Of a DNA stretch of 64,000 nucleotides, positions 10,396-22,685 are shown in pieces. The position numbers and the translations under genes were made by a program. Each line of letters starts with the position of its first letter. The stretch's first letter is position 1. The DNA is from Histomonas meleagridis 2922-C6/04-290x (Eukaryota > Protista > Parabasalia): positions 124,001 to 188,000 of the forward strand of contig JAANOX010000095.1 in the NCBI GenBank assembly GCA_020184695.1. Direction: 5' to 3'. The notes under the pieces were generated by a model. The model did no database searches. It had not been told where the DNA came from and saw only the letters and a list, made by a program, of their open reading frames with translations.

Positions 10396-11604
10396 AAGTA
10401 TTCTTCAATAAGTTTCCCACGTAAAGCTATCAAATAACTTCCGCAGACAAGGAACATGCTGGCGACAAAAACAACAATAAAAAGAAGGCAGGAAATAGCA
10501 AAATGGATTTACCTAGGGTATTCAGATATGGACATCCAACGGATGACTGTCATGACCACAAGACTGTAAAATTGGTTCGAAAAATGATTAAAGATGGGGA
10601 AGACATTTACTTTCAAAAAACAAAACTTGGAGCCCCGACAAAGATTACGACAGAACTCCTGGAATTTGTTGATGATATGACGAAAGCAAATCGACGATTA
10701 TCAAATCTTTCGTTATCAGTCTTTGCTAACCAATCTGGAAAATTCAACAACAATATGAGCGAATCTACCATCATGAGAGCAAGAAAGATTCTAGAATATC
10801 GATTCAGCTACCCATTGATTTCATTTGCACTTACAGAGAAACAGAAAAGCGACCGTTTATTGTTTGCACAAAAGCATTTGCAGCTTGGAACCGACTGGAC
10901 AAAAGTGCTGTTCACAGATGAAAGCTACTTTTGGCTCAACGAGAATCATCGACCTCTTTATCGAAAAAGAGGCGAGAAATGTCCTGAAGTTATGCTTACT
11001 GAAAAAAAATTCCCAGATAAGGTTTTGGTGTTTGGTGGGATATCTTCCCAAGTCAAAACAAACCTCATCATTATTGAAAGAGGGACCATTGACCATGTTT
11101 CCTATGTAGACGAACTGATAGATGGAAGCGGTTTGATACCGCAGATGAATGAAGTCTATGGAATCAAAGGTTGGATATAAATGCAAGATGGAGCAACCGC
11201 TCATACTTGCAGAGAAACTATGAATTACTTAAGAATGTACGTTAACATTCTAGAAGACTGGCCTTCAATGAGCCCAGATCTCAATCCAATTGAGAATCTA
11301 ATAGCGATTATGAAAAGAAAAGTTTATGAATATAAGCCGAAAACCATTGATGAGCTCTGTGCTGCGATATTCGAAGTCTGGGAAAGCATCTCCCCTGAAA
11401 TGCTTCAAAATCTTGCAAACTCTATGCAAGACAGACTGCAACAAGTTATTCGCAATAATGGGGATCATACCAACTACTAAAAAAAAAACAAATAAATTTT
11501 GAATTCTTCGATAAGTTTCCCAAACGATAGAACTTTTTAATAGAAGTGCGAGGGTTATTGGCCTAAAAAAGTGTATCGTTCGGGAAACTTATTGAAGAAT
11601 ACTT
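10396..11604 (+). mobile_element. Tc1/mariner-superfamily DNA transposon (DD34E), inactivated
   Basis: Perfect TIRs taaagtattcttcaataagtttccc (10394-10418) and gggaaacttattgaagaatacttta (11582-11606), including flanking TA. Transposase motifs VLFTDES, QDGATAH and SPDLNPIE, with 34 residues between the second D and the E. Confidence 0.9.
10456..11480 (+). pseudogene. Tc1-like transposase with a frameshift (near 10548) and an in-frame TAA (11178-11180)
   Basis: ATG at 10456 gives MLATKTTIKRRQEIAKWIYLGYSDMDIQRMT, then shifts into ORF 10503..11180; WI*MQDGA is followed in frame by ORF 11181..11480. Confidence 0.85.
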
Positions 11605-11836
11605 TATTATAAAAATGAATAATTCTAATTATGTTAATTAAATATTAAATGTTTTATAAGATAATTTTATTTTAACATAATGTTGTTTATATCATGTGTT
11701 ACTATCATATATTTCGTTCATTAATTTCATATGATTTTAATTATTCTCTATATTAAACATTAGAACAAAACAAGAGCGGTGAATCAACTCAAGTCATCGT
11801 CTATTGAAAACCGATTGAAAATTTGAGAGGTGTCAA

Positions 11837-14603
11837 GTGAATCGTCTTGCAAAAAGTTTTATCGTTCTTTTCATTTCTGGTTTAATGCTTTTTTTTGGGA
11901 TGCTGTTTCTAGTCTTCACGATGTCATGCAATGTATCGAATGTATTAAAAATACCTCAGTTAAAGAATATTGAATTGATTCAAAGAATTAAAATCCTTTC
12001 TAAAAATGATTTCTATCTTCAAATTTTATTTGAAACTAGAAAATCTGTTATATCTCTTCCAAAAATCAGTGGTTTATTATGTTCTAATTTTCAGCATGTT
12101 AACCAAAATTCTTCAAATTTATTGTCTTTCTTCTTCCAGAAAATTTTGTCAAATGTTTTATTTATTCTTGCAGTCCTTTTTATATTGTTTTTTATGTTAA
12201 GAACTTATTTTTTAAACTTAATTTATCAAATTGTTTCAAAAGAGAAAGTCAAATTTAAAATTTTACCATTTTTATTTGTTTTCTTTTATCAACAAATATT
12301 TTCAGCATACAATAGTAGTACTAAAACATTAACAATAATTAATTCAAATGATTATGCAACTAGAAATTCATATCAACAGAATACAAAATATCTTATAATT
12401 CAAGGAGGAATTAATACAATAAATCCTTCTTCATTTTCAGGATGGCCTTCTTTAATTTCTGTTGATATCGAGAATGCAATTATATCAATTGAATCTAATG
12501 CTTTTGATAAATGTGAATGTCTTGAAACAGTATTTATTGGTGAATATGTAGAAACGATTGGAAGTTATGCATTTTCTAATTGTGTTAAATTAATTAATAT
12601 TACAATTGGTAATAATGTAACAATGATTGGAAGTTATGCATTTTCAACATGTTCTTCATTAATCAATATAACGATACCAAATTTTGTTACATCAATTCAA
12701 AGTTATACGTTTTCTTCATGTATTAAATTAGAAAATATTAATATTGGAGAAAATGTAGGTTCTATTAATGAATATGCATTTTTTTCATGTATTTCATTAC
12801 AAATTATTACAATTCCAAAATCAGTTTATACTATTGAACAAAATGTTTTTGCTAATTGTACTAAACTTTATTTTATTAATGTATCTAAAGATAATTTAAA
12901 TTATGCAGAAAAAAAGATGGGATTCTTTATGATAAGAATTATACAGAAATTGTTTATTATCCATTAGGAAGATCCAAATGACATGATAAAAATTTCAGAT
13001 TCACTTATGAAAAATTGGAAATACGGCATTTAAACAATGTATTAAATTATCTTTTGAAGAATGTATTAATTTAGAAATTATTATCTTTGGTAAAAAAGTG
13101 AATTCTATTGGAGCTTCAGCATTTTCTAAATGTTCATCAATAATAAATATCACAATTCCTGATTCATTAACAAGGATTGAATCTGGTGTATTTCAATATT
13201 GTTCATCATTAAGAACAATTATTATTGGCCAAAATGTAAATTCTATTGGGGATTCAGCATTTTCTAAATGTTTATCATTAATAAATATCACAATTCCTGA
13301 TTCAGTAACAAGGATTGAATCTGGTGTATTTCAATATTGTTCATCATTAAGAACAATTATTATTGGCCAAAATGTAAATTCTATTGGAATTTCAGCATTT
13401 TCTAAATGTTTATCATTAATAAATATCACAATTCCTGATTCAGTAACAAGGATTGAATCTGGTGTATTTCAATATTGTTCATCATTAAGAACAATTATTA
13501 TTGGCCAAAAAGTGAATTCTATTGGGGATTATGCATTTTCTAACTGTTCATCATTAATAAATATCACAATTCCTGATTCATTAACAAGGATTGAATCTGG
13601 TGTATTTCAATATTGTTCATCATTAAGAACAATTATTATTGGCCAAAAAGTGAATTCTATTGGGGATTATGCATTTTTCTAAATGTTTTATCATTAATAA
13701 ATATCACAATTCTGATTCAGTAACAAGGATTGAATCTGGTGTATTTCAATATTGTTCATCATTAAGAACAATTATTATTGGCCAAAATGTAAATTCTATT
13801 GGGGATTCAGCATTTGCACAATGCAGTAATCTCACATGTATTTACTTTTTAGGTTATATAAACACCAATTATCGAAGATAATGCTTTTGATGAAATTGTA
13901 ACTAATTTTTGTTATGACATCCGATTTATATCAAAATGAAACATTTGGTAAACTTAACATATCCAAAGGAACGCCAATTGATGAATGTGATCAACATCCT
14001 TGGTCAACACATACATTTACAAAATCAAATACATATACAAACACATTCACTCAATCAAATACATATACCAAATCGAAAACATTTATAAAATCAAAATTAT
14101 TTATATCAATTTTTCATTAAGTTTTTCAAAATCTTTCACTTTAACATATTTTATTTCATTTACACAAACATATTCACTAAAATTGTTTTACTTTAACTTA
14201 TATATTCTCAAAAAAATTAATTCAATCAAAAACATATATTTTCACAGAATTTATTTATTATGAATACACAATTATTATATTTCCTTCTGTTTTTTCTTTT
14301 TATTCTAATTTCTTTATAATGTTTTATACAATAGAAGATAATGACATTGGTGGTAATCCAAATTATAACATTATAATTGGTGTTACTGTGTTTGTAATTA
14401 TTATTATTATTATTTTACTTGTTGTGGTTTTAATTCGAATTAAAAACAAAAAACATAATTCTATTGAACAAATATCAAAAAGCTTTGACGAAAATGGTGA
14501 AACGAATATAAACACAGGTGTATTGTCAATGAAAAATATTGATGAAGATCCATTTGCAAAAGACTTCAAAGAAGATAATGGCATTGATCAAATTTATATT
14601 TGA
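11837..14603 (+). CDS. BspA-like (TpLRR/LRR_5) type I membrane protein, tandem copy 1 (frameshifted)
   Basis: Repeats ITIPDS.TRIESGVFQYCSSL.TIIIG..VNSIG..AF..C; Thr/Ser stalk; TM IIIGVTVFVIIIIIILLVVVLI; tail DEDPFAKDFKE. Split over ORFs 11837..12967, 13098..13682, 13660..13881, 13914..14120 and 14319..14603, mostly at homopolymers. True start is probably downstream of 11837. Confidence 0.85.
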
Positions 14604-15476
14604 AGTTGTAAATATTTTGCTCTCTTTGAATCTATTAAAACCAAAATGTTTTTTTCTGCGTAGCAAAATGAGTTTGGAGACTTAGTTAAAATTTTTGAAA
14701 AAGAGCACCAAAATGAAAGAAATTCATGTTATAGCATAGCAAGAAAAAGTGGCATTAAAACACCATTAATCTTCACTTAAGTATCAAACAATTTTCTGAC
14801 TGGTTGTTTGCACTCAAATATGTTGATAATAAGAAAAATGAGTTGTACAAACCCAATATATAAAAAATACAGTCAAGAGAGTAGATTGTCGGAATCATTA
14901 TCCATTAACAAGGTGATTCGTAGTGGTAAACAGTTACATGTTAACATGACCATTCTGATTCATCCCCAAGGGCTGAACCAAATAGTTTAAACCGGGGAAG
15001 GAGCTATGTATGTCATTAATATCATAAATCACTAATATAATAATTTTGTTTATTTATTAAATGAATTTTAAATGACTTATATTTAGAAAGCAACAGTTAC
15101 TGTTTTTCAACATAGTTTATTTTTGTATGAACCAAAACTAATTAAAGAGATGATATCGCCTTTGAACTGATATGATTGTTTTAAACCAATATCATCTCAA
15201 AAAAAAAAAAAAAAAAAAAAAAAAAGATGTTGAAGAACAATCTTTTAAAAACCAAAAACATTTTCCATTAATAGATGAAGTTTTTCAATATGGAAAAAAG
15301 TTGGTTTTCTTAGTACCTGGGAAGTAAGTGACTTCCCAGAGTGAAGGAAGTCCGAACGGTTGTCATAAAAAAATTGAAAAGCTTTTCAATACATGAAAGT
15401 TGAGTGAAGGAAATTTCAATGTCAAAATTTTTAACATCAGCTTTTGAATAAAACTGTTTCGGTTATGTAAAAAAAA

Positions 15477-18239
15477 TTGTTAATGCTTTTTTTTGGGATG
15501 CTGTTTCTAGTCTTCACGATGTCATGCAATGTATCGAATGTATTAAAAATACCTCAGTTAAAGAATATTGAATTGATTCAAAGAATTAAAATCCTTTCTA
15601 AAAATGATTTCTATCTTCAAATTTTATTTGAAACTAGAAAATCTGTTATATCTCTTCCAAAAAAATCAGTGGTTTATTATGTTCTAATTTTCAGCATGTT
15701 AACCAAAATTCTTCAAATTTATTGTCTTTCTTCTTCCAGAAAATTTTTGTCAAATGTTTTATTTATTCTTGCAGTCCCTTTTTATATTGTTTTTTTATGT
15801 TAAGAACTTATTTTTTAAACTTAATTTATCAAATTGTTTCAAAAGAGAAAGTCAAATTTAAAATTTTACCATTTTTATTTGTTTTCTTTTATCAACAAAT
15901 ATTTTCAGCATACAATAGTAGTACTAAAACATTAACAATAATTAATTCAAATGATTATGCAACTAGAAATTCATATCAACAGAATACAAAATATCTTATA
16001 ATTCAAGGAGGAATTAATACAATAAATCCTTCTTCATTTTCAGGATGGCCTTCTTTAATTTCTGTTGATATCGAGAATGCAATTATATCAATTGAATCTA
16101 ATGCTTTTGATAAATGTGAATGTCTTGAAACAGTATTTATTGGTGAATATGTAGAAACGATTGGAAGTTATGCATTTTCTAATTGTGTTAAATTAATTAA
16201 TATTACAATTGGTAATAATGTAACAATGATTGGAAGTTATGCATTTTCAACATGTTCTTCATTAATCAATATAACGATACCAAATTTTGTTACATCAATT
16301 CAAAGTTATACGTTTTCTTCATGTATTAAATTAGAAAATATTAATATTGGAGAAAATGTAGGTTCTATTAATGAATATGCATCATGTATTTCATTACAAA
16401 TTATTACAATTCCAAAATCAGTTTATACTATTGAACAAAATGTTTTTTTGCTAATTGTACTAAACTTTATTTTATTAATGTATCTAAAGATAATTTAAAT
16501 TATGCAGAAAAAGATGGGATTCTTTATGATAAGAATTATACAGAAATTGTTTATTATCCATTAGGAAGATCAAATGACATGATAAAAATTTCAGATTCAC
16601 TTATGAAAATTGGAAATACGGCATTTTAAACAATGTATTAAATTATTTATATAGGTGAAAATATAACAACAATTGGAGCATATTCTTTTTGAAGAATGTA
16701 TTAATTTAGAAATTATTATCTTTGGGAAAAAGTGAATTCTATTGGAGCTTCAGCATTTTCTAAATGTTCATCAATAATAAATATCACAATTCCTGATTCA
16801 TTAACAAGGATTGAATCTGGTGTATTTCAATATTGTTCATCATTAAGAACAATTATTATTGGCCAAAATGTAAATTCTATTGGGGATTCAGCATTTTCTA
16901 ACTGTTCATCATTAATAAATATCACAATTCCTGATTCATTAACAAGGATTGAATCTGGTGTATTTCAATATTGTTCATCATTAAGAACAATTATTATTGG
17001 CCAAAAATGTAAATTCTATTGGAATTTCAGCATTTTCTAAATGTTTATCATTAATAAATATCACAATTCCTGATTCAGTAACAAGGATTGAATCTGGTGT
17101 ATTTCAATATTGTTCATCATTAAGAACAATTATTATTGGCCAAAATGTAAATTCTATTGGGGATTCAGCATTTTCTAAATGTTTATCATTAATAAATATC
17201 ACAATTCCTGATTCATTAACAAGGATTGAATCTGGTGTATTTCAATATTGTTCATCATTAAGAACAATTATTATTGCCAAAAAGTGAATTCTATTGGGGA
17301 TTATGCATTTTCTAAATGTTTATCATTAATAAATATCACAATTCCTGATTCAGTAACAAGGATTGAATCTGGTGTATTTCAATATTGTTCATCATTAAGA
17401 ACAATTATTATTGGCCAAAATGTAAATTCTATTGGGGATTCAGCATTTGCACAATGCAGTAATCTCACATGTATTTACTTTTTAGGTTATATAACACCAA
17501 TTATCGAAGATAATGCTTTTGATGAAATTGTAACTAATTTTTGTTATGACATCCGATTTATATCAAAAATGAAACATTTTGGTAAACTTAACATATCCAA
17601 AGGAACGCCAATTGATGAATGTGATCAACATCCTTGGTCAACACATACATTTACAAAATCAAATACATATACAAACACATTCACTCAATCAAATACATAT
17701 ACCAAATCGAAAACATTTATAAAATCAAAATTATTTATATCCAATTTTTCATTAAGTTTTTCAAAATCTTTCACTTTAACATATTTTATTTCATTTACAC
17801 AAACATATTCACTAAAAAATTGTTTTACTTTAACTTATATATTCTCAAAAATTAATTCAATCAAAACATATATTTTCACAGAATTTATTTATTATGAATA
17901 CACAATTATTATATTTCCTTCTGTTTTTTCTTTTTATTCTAATTTCTTTATAATGTTTTATACAATAGAAGATAATGACATTGGTGGTAATCCAAATTAT
18001 AACATTATAATTGGTGTTACTGTGTTTGTAATTATTATTATTATTATTTTACTTGTTGTGGTTTTAATTCGAATTAAAAACAAAAAACATAATTCTATTG
18101 AACAAATATCAAAAAGCTTTGACGTAAAATGGTGAAACGAATATAAACACAGGTGTATTGTCAATGAAAAATATTGATGAAGATCCATTTGCAAAAGACT
18201 TCAAAGAAGATAATGGCGATTGATCAAATTTATATTTGA
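15477..18239 (+). CDS. BspA-like protein, tandem copy 2 (frameshifted)
   Basis: Near-identical to copy 1; several homopolymer indels split the ORF. Confidence 0.85.
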
Positions 18240-19098
18240 AGTTGTAAAATATTTTGCTCTCTTTGAATCTATTAAAACCAAAATGTTTTTCTGCGTAGCA
18301 AAATGAGTTTGGAGACTTAGTTAAAATTTTTTTGAAAAAGAGCACCAAAATGAAAGAAATTCATGTTATAGCATAGCAAGAAAAAAAGTGGCATTAAAAA
18401 CACCATTAATCTTCACTTAAGTATCAAACAATTTTCTGACTGGTTGTTTGCACTCAAATATGTTGATAATAAGAAAAATGAGTTGTACAAACTCAATATA
18501 TAAAAAAATACAGTCAAGGAGTAGATTGTCGCAATCATTATCCATTAACAAGGTGATTCGTATTGGTAAACAGTTACATGTTAACATGACCATTCTGATT
18601 CATCCCCAAGGGCTGAACCAAATAGTTTAAACCGGGAAGGAGCTATGTATGTCATTAATATCATAAATCACTAATGTATTAATTTTGTTTATTTATTAAA
18701 ATGAATTGTAAATGACATATATTTCGAAAGAAAAAGTTACGGTGTTTCAACATAGTTTATTTATGTATGAACCAAAAACTAATTAAAGAGATGATATCGC
18801 CTTTGAACTGATATGATTGTTTTTTAAACCAATATCATCTCAAAAAGATGTTGAAGAACAATCTTTTAAAAACCAAAAACATTTTCCATTACTAGATGAA
18901 GCTTTTCAATATGGAAAAAAGTTGGTTTTCTTAGTACCTGGGAAGTAAGTGACTTCCCAGAGTGAAGGAAGTCCGAACGGTTGTCATAAAAAAATTGAAA
19001 AGCTTTTCAATACATGAAAGTTGAGTGAAGGAAATTTCAATGTCAAAATTTTTTAACATCAGCTTTTGAATAAAACTGTTTCGGTTATGTAAAAAAAA

Positions 19099-21865
19099 TT
19101 GTTAATGCTTTTTTTTGGGATGCTGTTTCTAGTCTTCACGATGTCATGCAATGTATCGAATGTATTAAAAATACCTCAGTTAAAGAATATTGAATTGATT
19201 CAAAGAATTAAAATCCTTTCTAAAAATGATTTCTATCTTCAAATTTTATTTGAAACTAGAAAATCTGTTATATCTCTTCCAAAAATCAGTGGTTTATTAT
19301 GTTCTAATTTTCAGCATGTTAACCAAAATTCTTCAAATTTATTGTCTTTCTTCTTCCAGAAAATTTTGTCAAATGTTTTATTTATTCTTGCAGTCCTTTT
19401 TATATTGTTTTTTATGTTAAGAACTTATTTTTTAAACTTAATTTATCAAATTGTTTCAAAAGAGAAAGTCAAATTTAAAATTTTACCATTTTTATTTGTT
19501 TTCTTTTATCAACAAATATTTTCAGCATACAATAGTAGTACTAAAACATTAACAATAATTAATTCAAATGATTATGCAACTAGAAATTCATATCAACAGA
19601 ATACAAAATATCTTATAATTCAAGGAGGAATTAATACAATAAATCCTTCTTCATTTTCAGGATGGCCTTCTTTAATTTCTGTTGATATCGAGAATGCAAT
19701 TATATCAATTGAATCTAATGCTTTTGATAAATGTGAATGTCTTGAAACAGTATTTATTGGTGAATATGTAGAAACGATTGGAAGTTATGCATTTTCTAAT
19801 TGTGTTAAATTAATTAATATTACAATTGGTAATAATGTAACAATGATTGGAAGTTATGCATTTTCAACATGTTCTTCATTAATCAATATAACGATACCAA
19901 ATTTTGTTACATCAATTCAAAGTTATACGTTTTCTTCATGTATTAAATTAGAAAATATTAATATTGGAGAAAATGTAGGTTCTATTAATGAATATGCATT
20001 TTTTCATGTATTTCATTACAAATTATTACAATTCCAAAATCAGTTTATACTATTGAACAAAATGTTTTTGCTAATTGTACTAAACTTTATTTTATTAATG
20101 TATCTAAAGATAATTTAAATTATGCAGAAAAAGATGGGATTCTTTATGATAAGAATTATACAGAAATTGTTTATTATCCATTAGGAAGATCAAATGACAT
20201 GATAAAAAAATTTCAGATTCACTTATGAAAATTGGAAATACGGCATTTAAACAATGTATTAAATTAAAAAAAATTTATATAGGTGAAAATATAACAACAA
20301 TTGGAGCATATTCTTTTGAAGAATGTATTAATTTAGAAATTATTATCTTTGGTAAAAAAGTGAATTCTATTGGAGCTTCAGCATTTTCTAAATGTTCATC
20401 AATAATAAATATCACAATTCCTGATTCATTAACAAGGATTGAATCTGGTGTATTTCAATATTGTTCATCATTAAGAACAATTATTATTGGCCAAAATGTA
20501 AATTCTATTGGGGATTCAGCATTTTCTAACTGTTCATCATTAATAAATATCACAATTCCTGATTCATTAACAAGGATTGAATCTGGTGTATTTCAATATT
20601 GTTCATCATTAAGAACAATTATTATTGGCCAAAATGTAAATTCTATTGGAATTTCAGCATTTTCTAAATGTTTATCATTAATAAATATCACAATTCCTGA
20701 TTCAGTAACAAGGATTGAATCTGGTGTATTTCAATATTGTTCATCATTAAGAACAATTATTATTGGCCAAAATGTAAATTCTATTGGGGATTCAGCATTT
20801 TCTAAATGTTTATCATTAATAAATATCACAATTCCTGATTCATTAACAAGGATTGAATCTGGTGTATTTCAATATTGTTCATCATTAAGAACAATTATTA
20901 TTGGCCAAAAAGTGAATTCTATTGGGGATTATGCATTTTCTAAATGTTTATCATTAATAAATATCACAATTCCTGATTCAGTAACAAGGATTGAATCTGG
21001 TGTATTTCAATATTGTTCATCATTAAGAACAATTATTATTGGCCAAAATGTAAATTCTATTGGGGATTCAGCATTTGCACAATGCAGTAATCTCACATGT
21101 ATTTACTTTTTAGGTTATATAACACCAATTATCGAAGATAATGCTTTTGATGAAATTGTAACTAATTTTGTTATGACATCCGATTTATATCAAAATGAAA
21201 CATTTGGTAAACTTAACATATCCAAAGGAACGCCAATTGATGAATGTGATCAACATCCTTGGTCAACACATACATTTACAAAATCAAATACATATACAAA
21301 CACATTCACTCAATCAAATACATATACCAAATCGAAAACATTTATAAAATCAAAATTATTTATATCCAATTTTTTTCATTAAGTTTTTCAAAATCTTTCA
21401 CTTTAACATATTTTATTTCATTTACACAAACATATTCACTAAAAAATTGTTTTACTTTAACTTATATATTCTCAAAAATTAATTCAATCAAAACATATAT
21501 TTTCACAGAATTTATTTATTATGAATACACAATTATTATATTTCCTTCTGTTTTTTCTTTTTATTCTAATTTCTTTATAATGTTTTTATACAATAGAAGA
21601 TAATGACATTGGTGGTAATCCAAATTATAACATTATAATTGGTGTTACTGTGTTTGTAATTATTATTCTTATTTTTTTACTTGTTGTGGTTTTAATTCGA
21701 ATTAAAAACAAAAAACATAATTCTATTGAACAAATATCAAAAAGCTTTGACGAAAATGGTGAAACGAATATAAACACAGGTGTATTGTCAATGAAAAATA
21801 TTGATGAAGATCCATTTGCAAAAGACTTCAAAGAAGATAATGGCATTGATCAAATTTATATTTGA
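19099..21865 (+). CDS. BspA-like protein, tandem copy 3 (frameshifted)
   Basis: Near-identical to copies 1 and 2; ORFs 19099..20118, 20225..21382, 21259..21603, 21650..21865. Confidence 0.85.
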
Positions 21866-22685
21866 AGTTGTAAATATTTTGCTCTCTTTGAATCTATTAA
21901 AACCAAAATGTCTGCGTAGCAAAATGAGTTTGGAGACTTAGTTAAAAATTTTTGAAAAAGAGCACCAAAATGAAAGAAATTCATGTTATAGCATAGCAAG
22001 AAAAAGTGGCATTAAAACACCATTAATCTTCACTTAAGTATCAAACAATTTTCTGACTGGTTGTTTGCACTCAAATATGTTGATAATAAGAAAAAATGAG
22101 TTGTACAAACTCAATATATAAAAATACAGTCAAGGAGTAGATTGTCGCAATCATTATCCATTAACAAGGTGATTCGTATTGGTAAACAGTTACATGTTAA
22201 CATGACCATTCTGATTCATCCCCAAGGGCTGAACCAAATAGTTTAAACCGGGAAGGAGCTATGTATGTCATTAATATCATAAATCACTAATGTATTAATT
22301 TTGTTTATTTATTAAATGAATTTTAAATGACTTATATTTAGAAAGCAACAGTTACTGTTTTTCAACATAGTTTATTTTTGTATGAACCAAAACTAATTAA
22401 AGAGATGATATCGCCTTTGAACTGATATGATTGTTTTAAACCAATATCATCTCAAAAAAAAGATGTTGAAGAACAATCTTTTAAAAACCAAAAACATTTT
22501 CCATTAATAGATGAAGTTTTTCAATATGGAAAAAATAAAAATGATTTCTATCTTCAAATTTTATTTGAAACTAGAAAATCTGTTATATCTCTTCCAAAAA
22601 TCAGTGGTTTATTATGTTCTAATTTTCAGCATGTTAACCAAAATTCTTCAAATTTATTGTCTTTCTTCTTCCAGTCCTTTTTATA

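Noticed and set aside
11837-12250. Long hydrophobic N-terminal extensions of the BspA ORFs (also 62600-63058)
   Set aside because: Probably AT-rich upstream sequence that happens to be open from an alternative start codon. Copy 4 lacks much of it.
15199-15226. Long poly-A run as a retrotransposon tail
   Set aside because: The same site has only 5-8 A in the other tandem copies and there is no target-site duplication. Simple homopolymer length variation or error.
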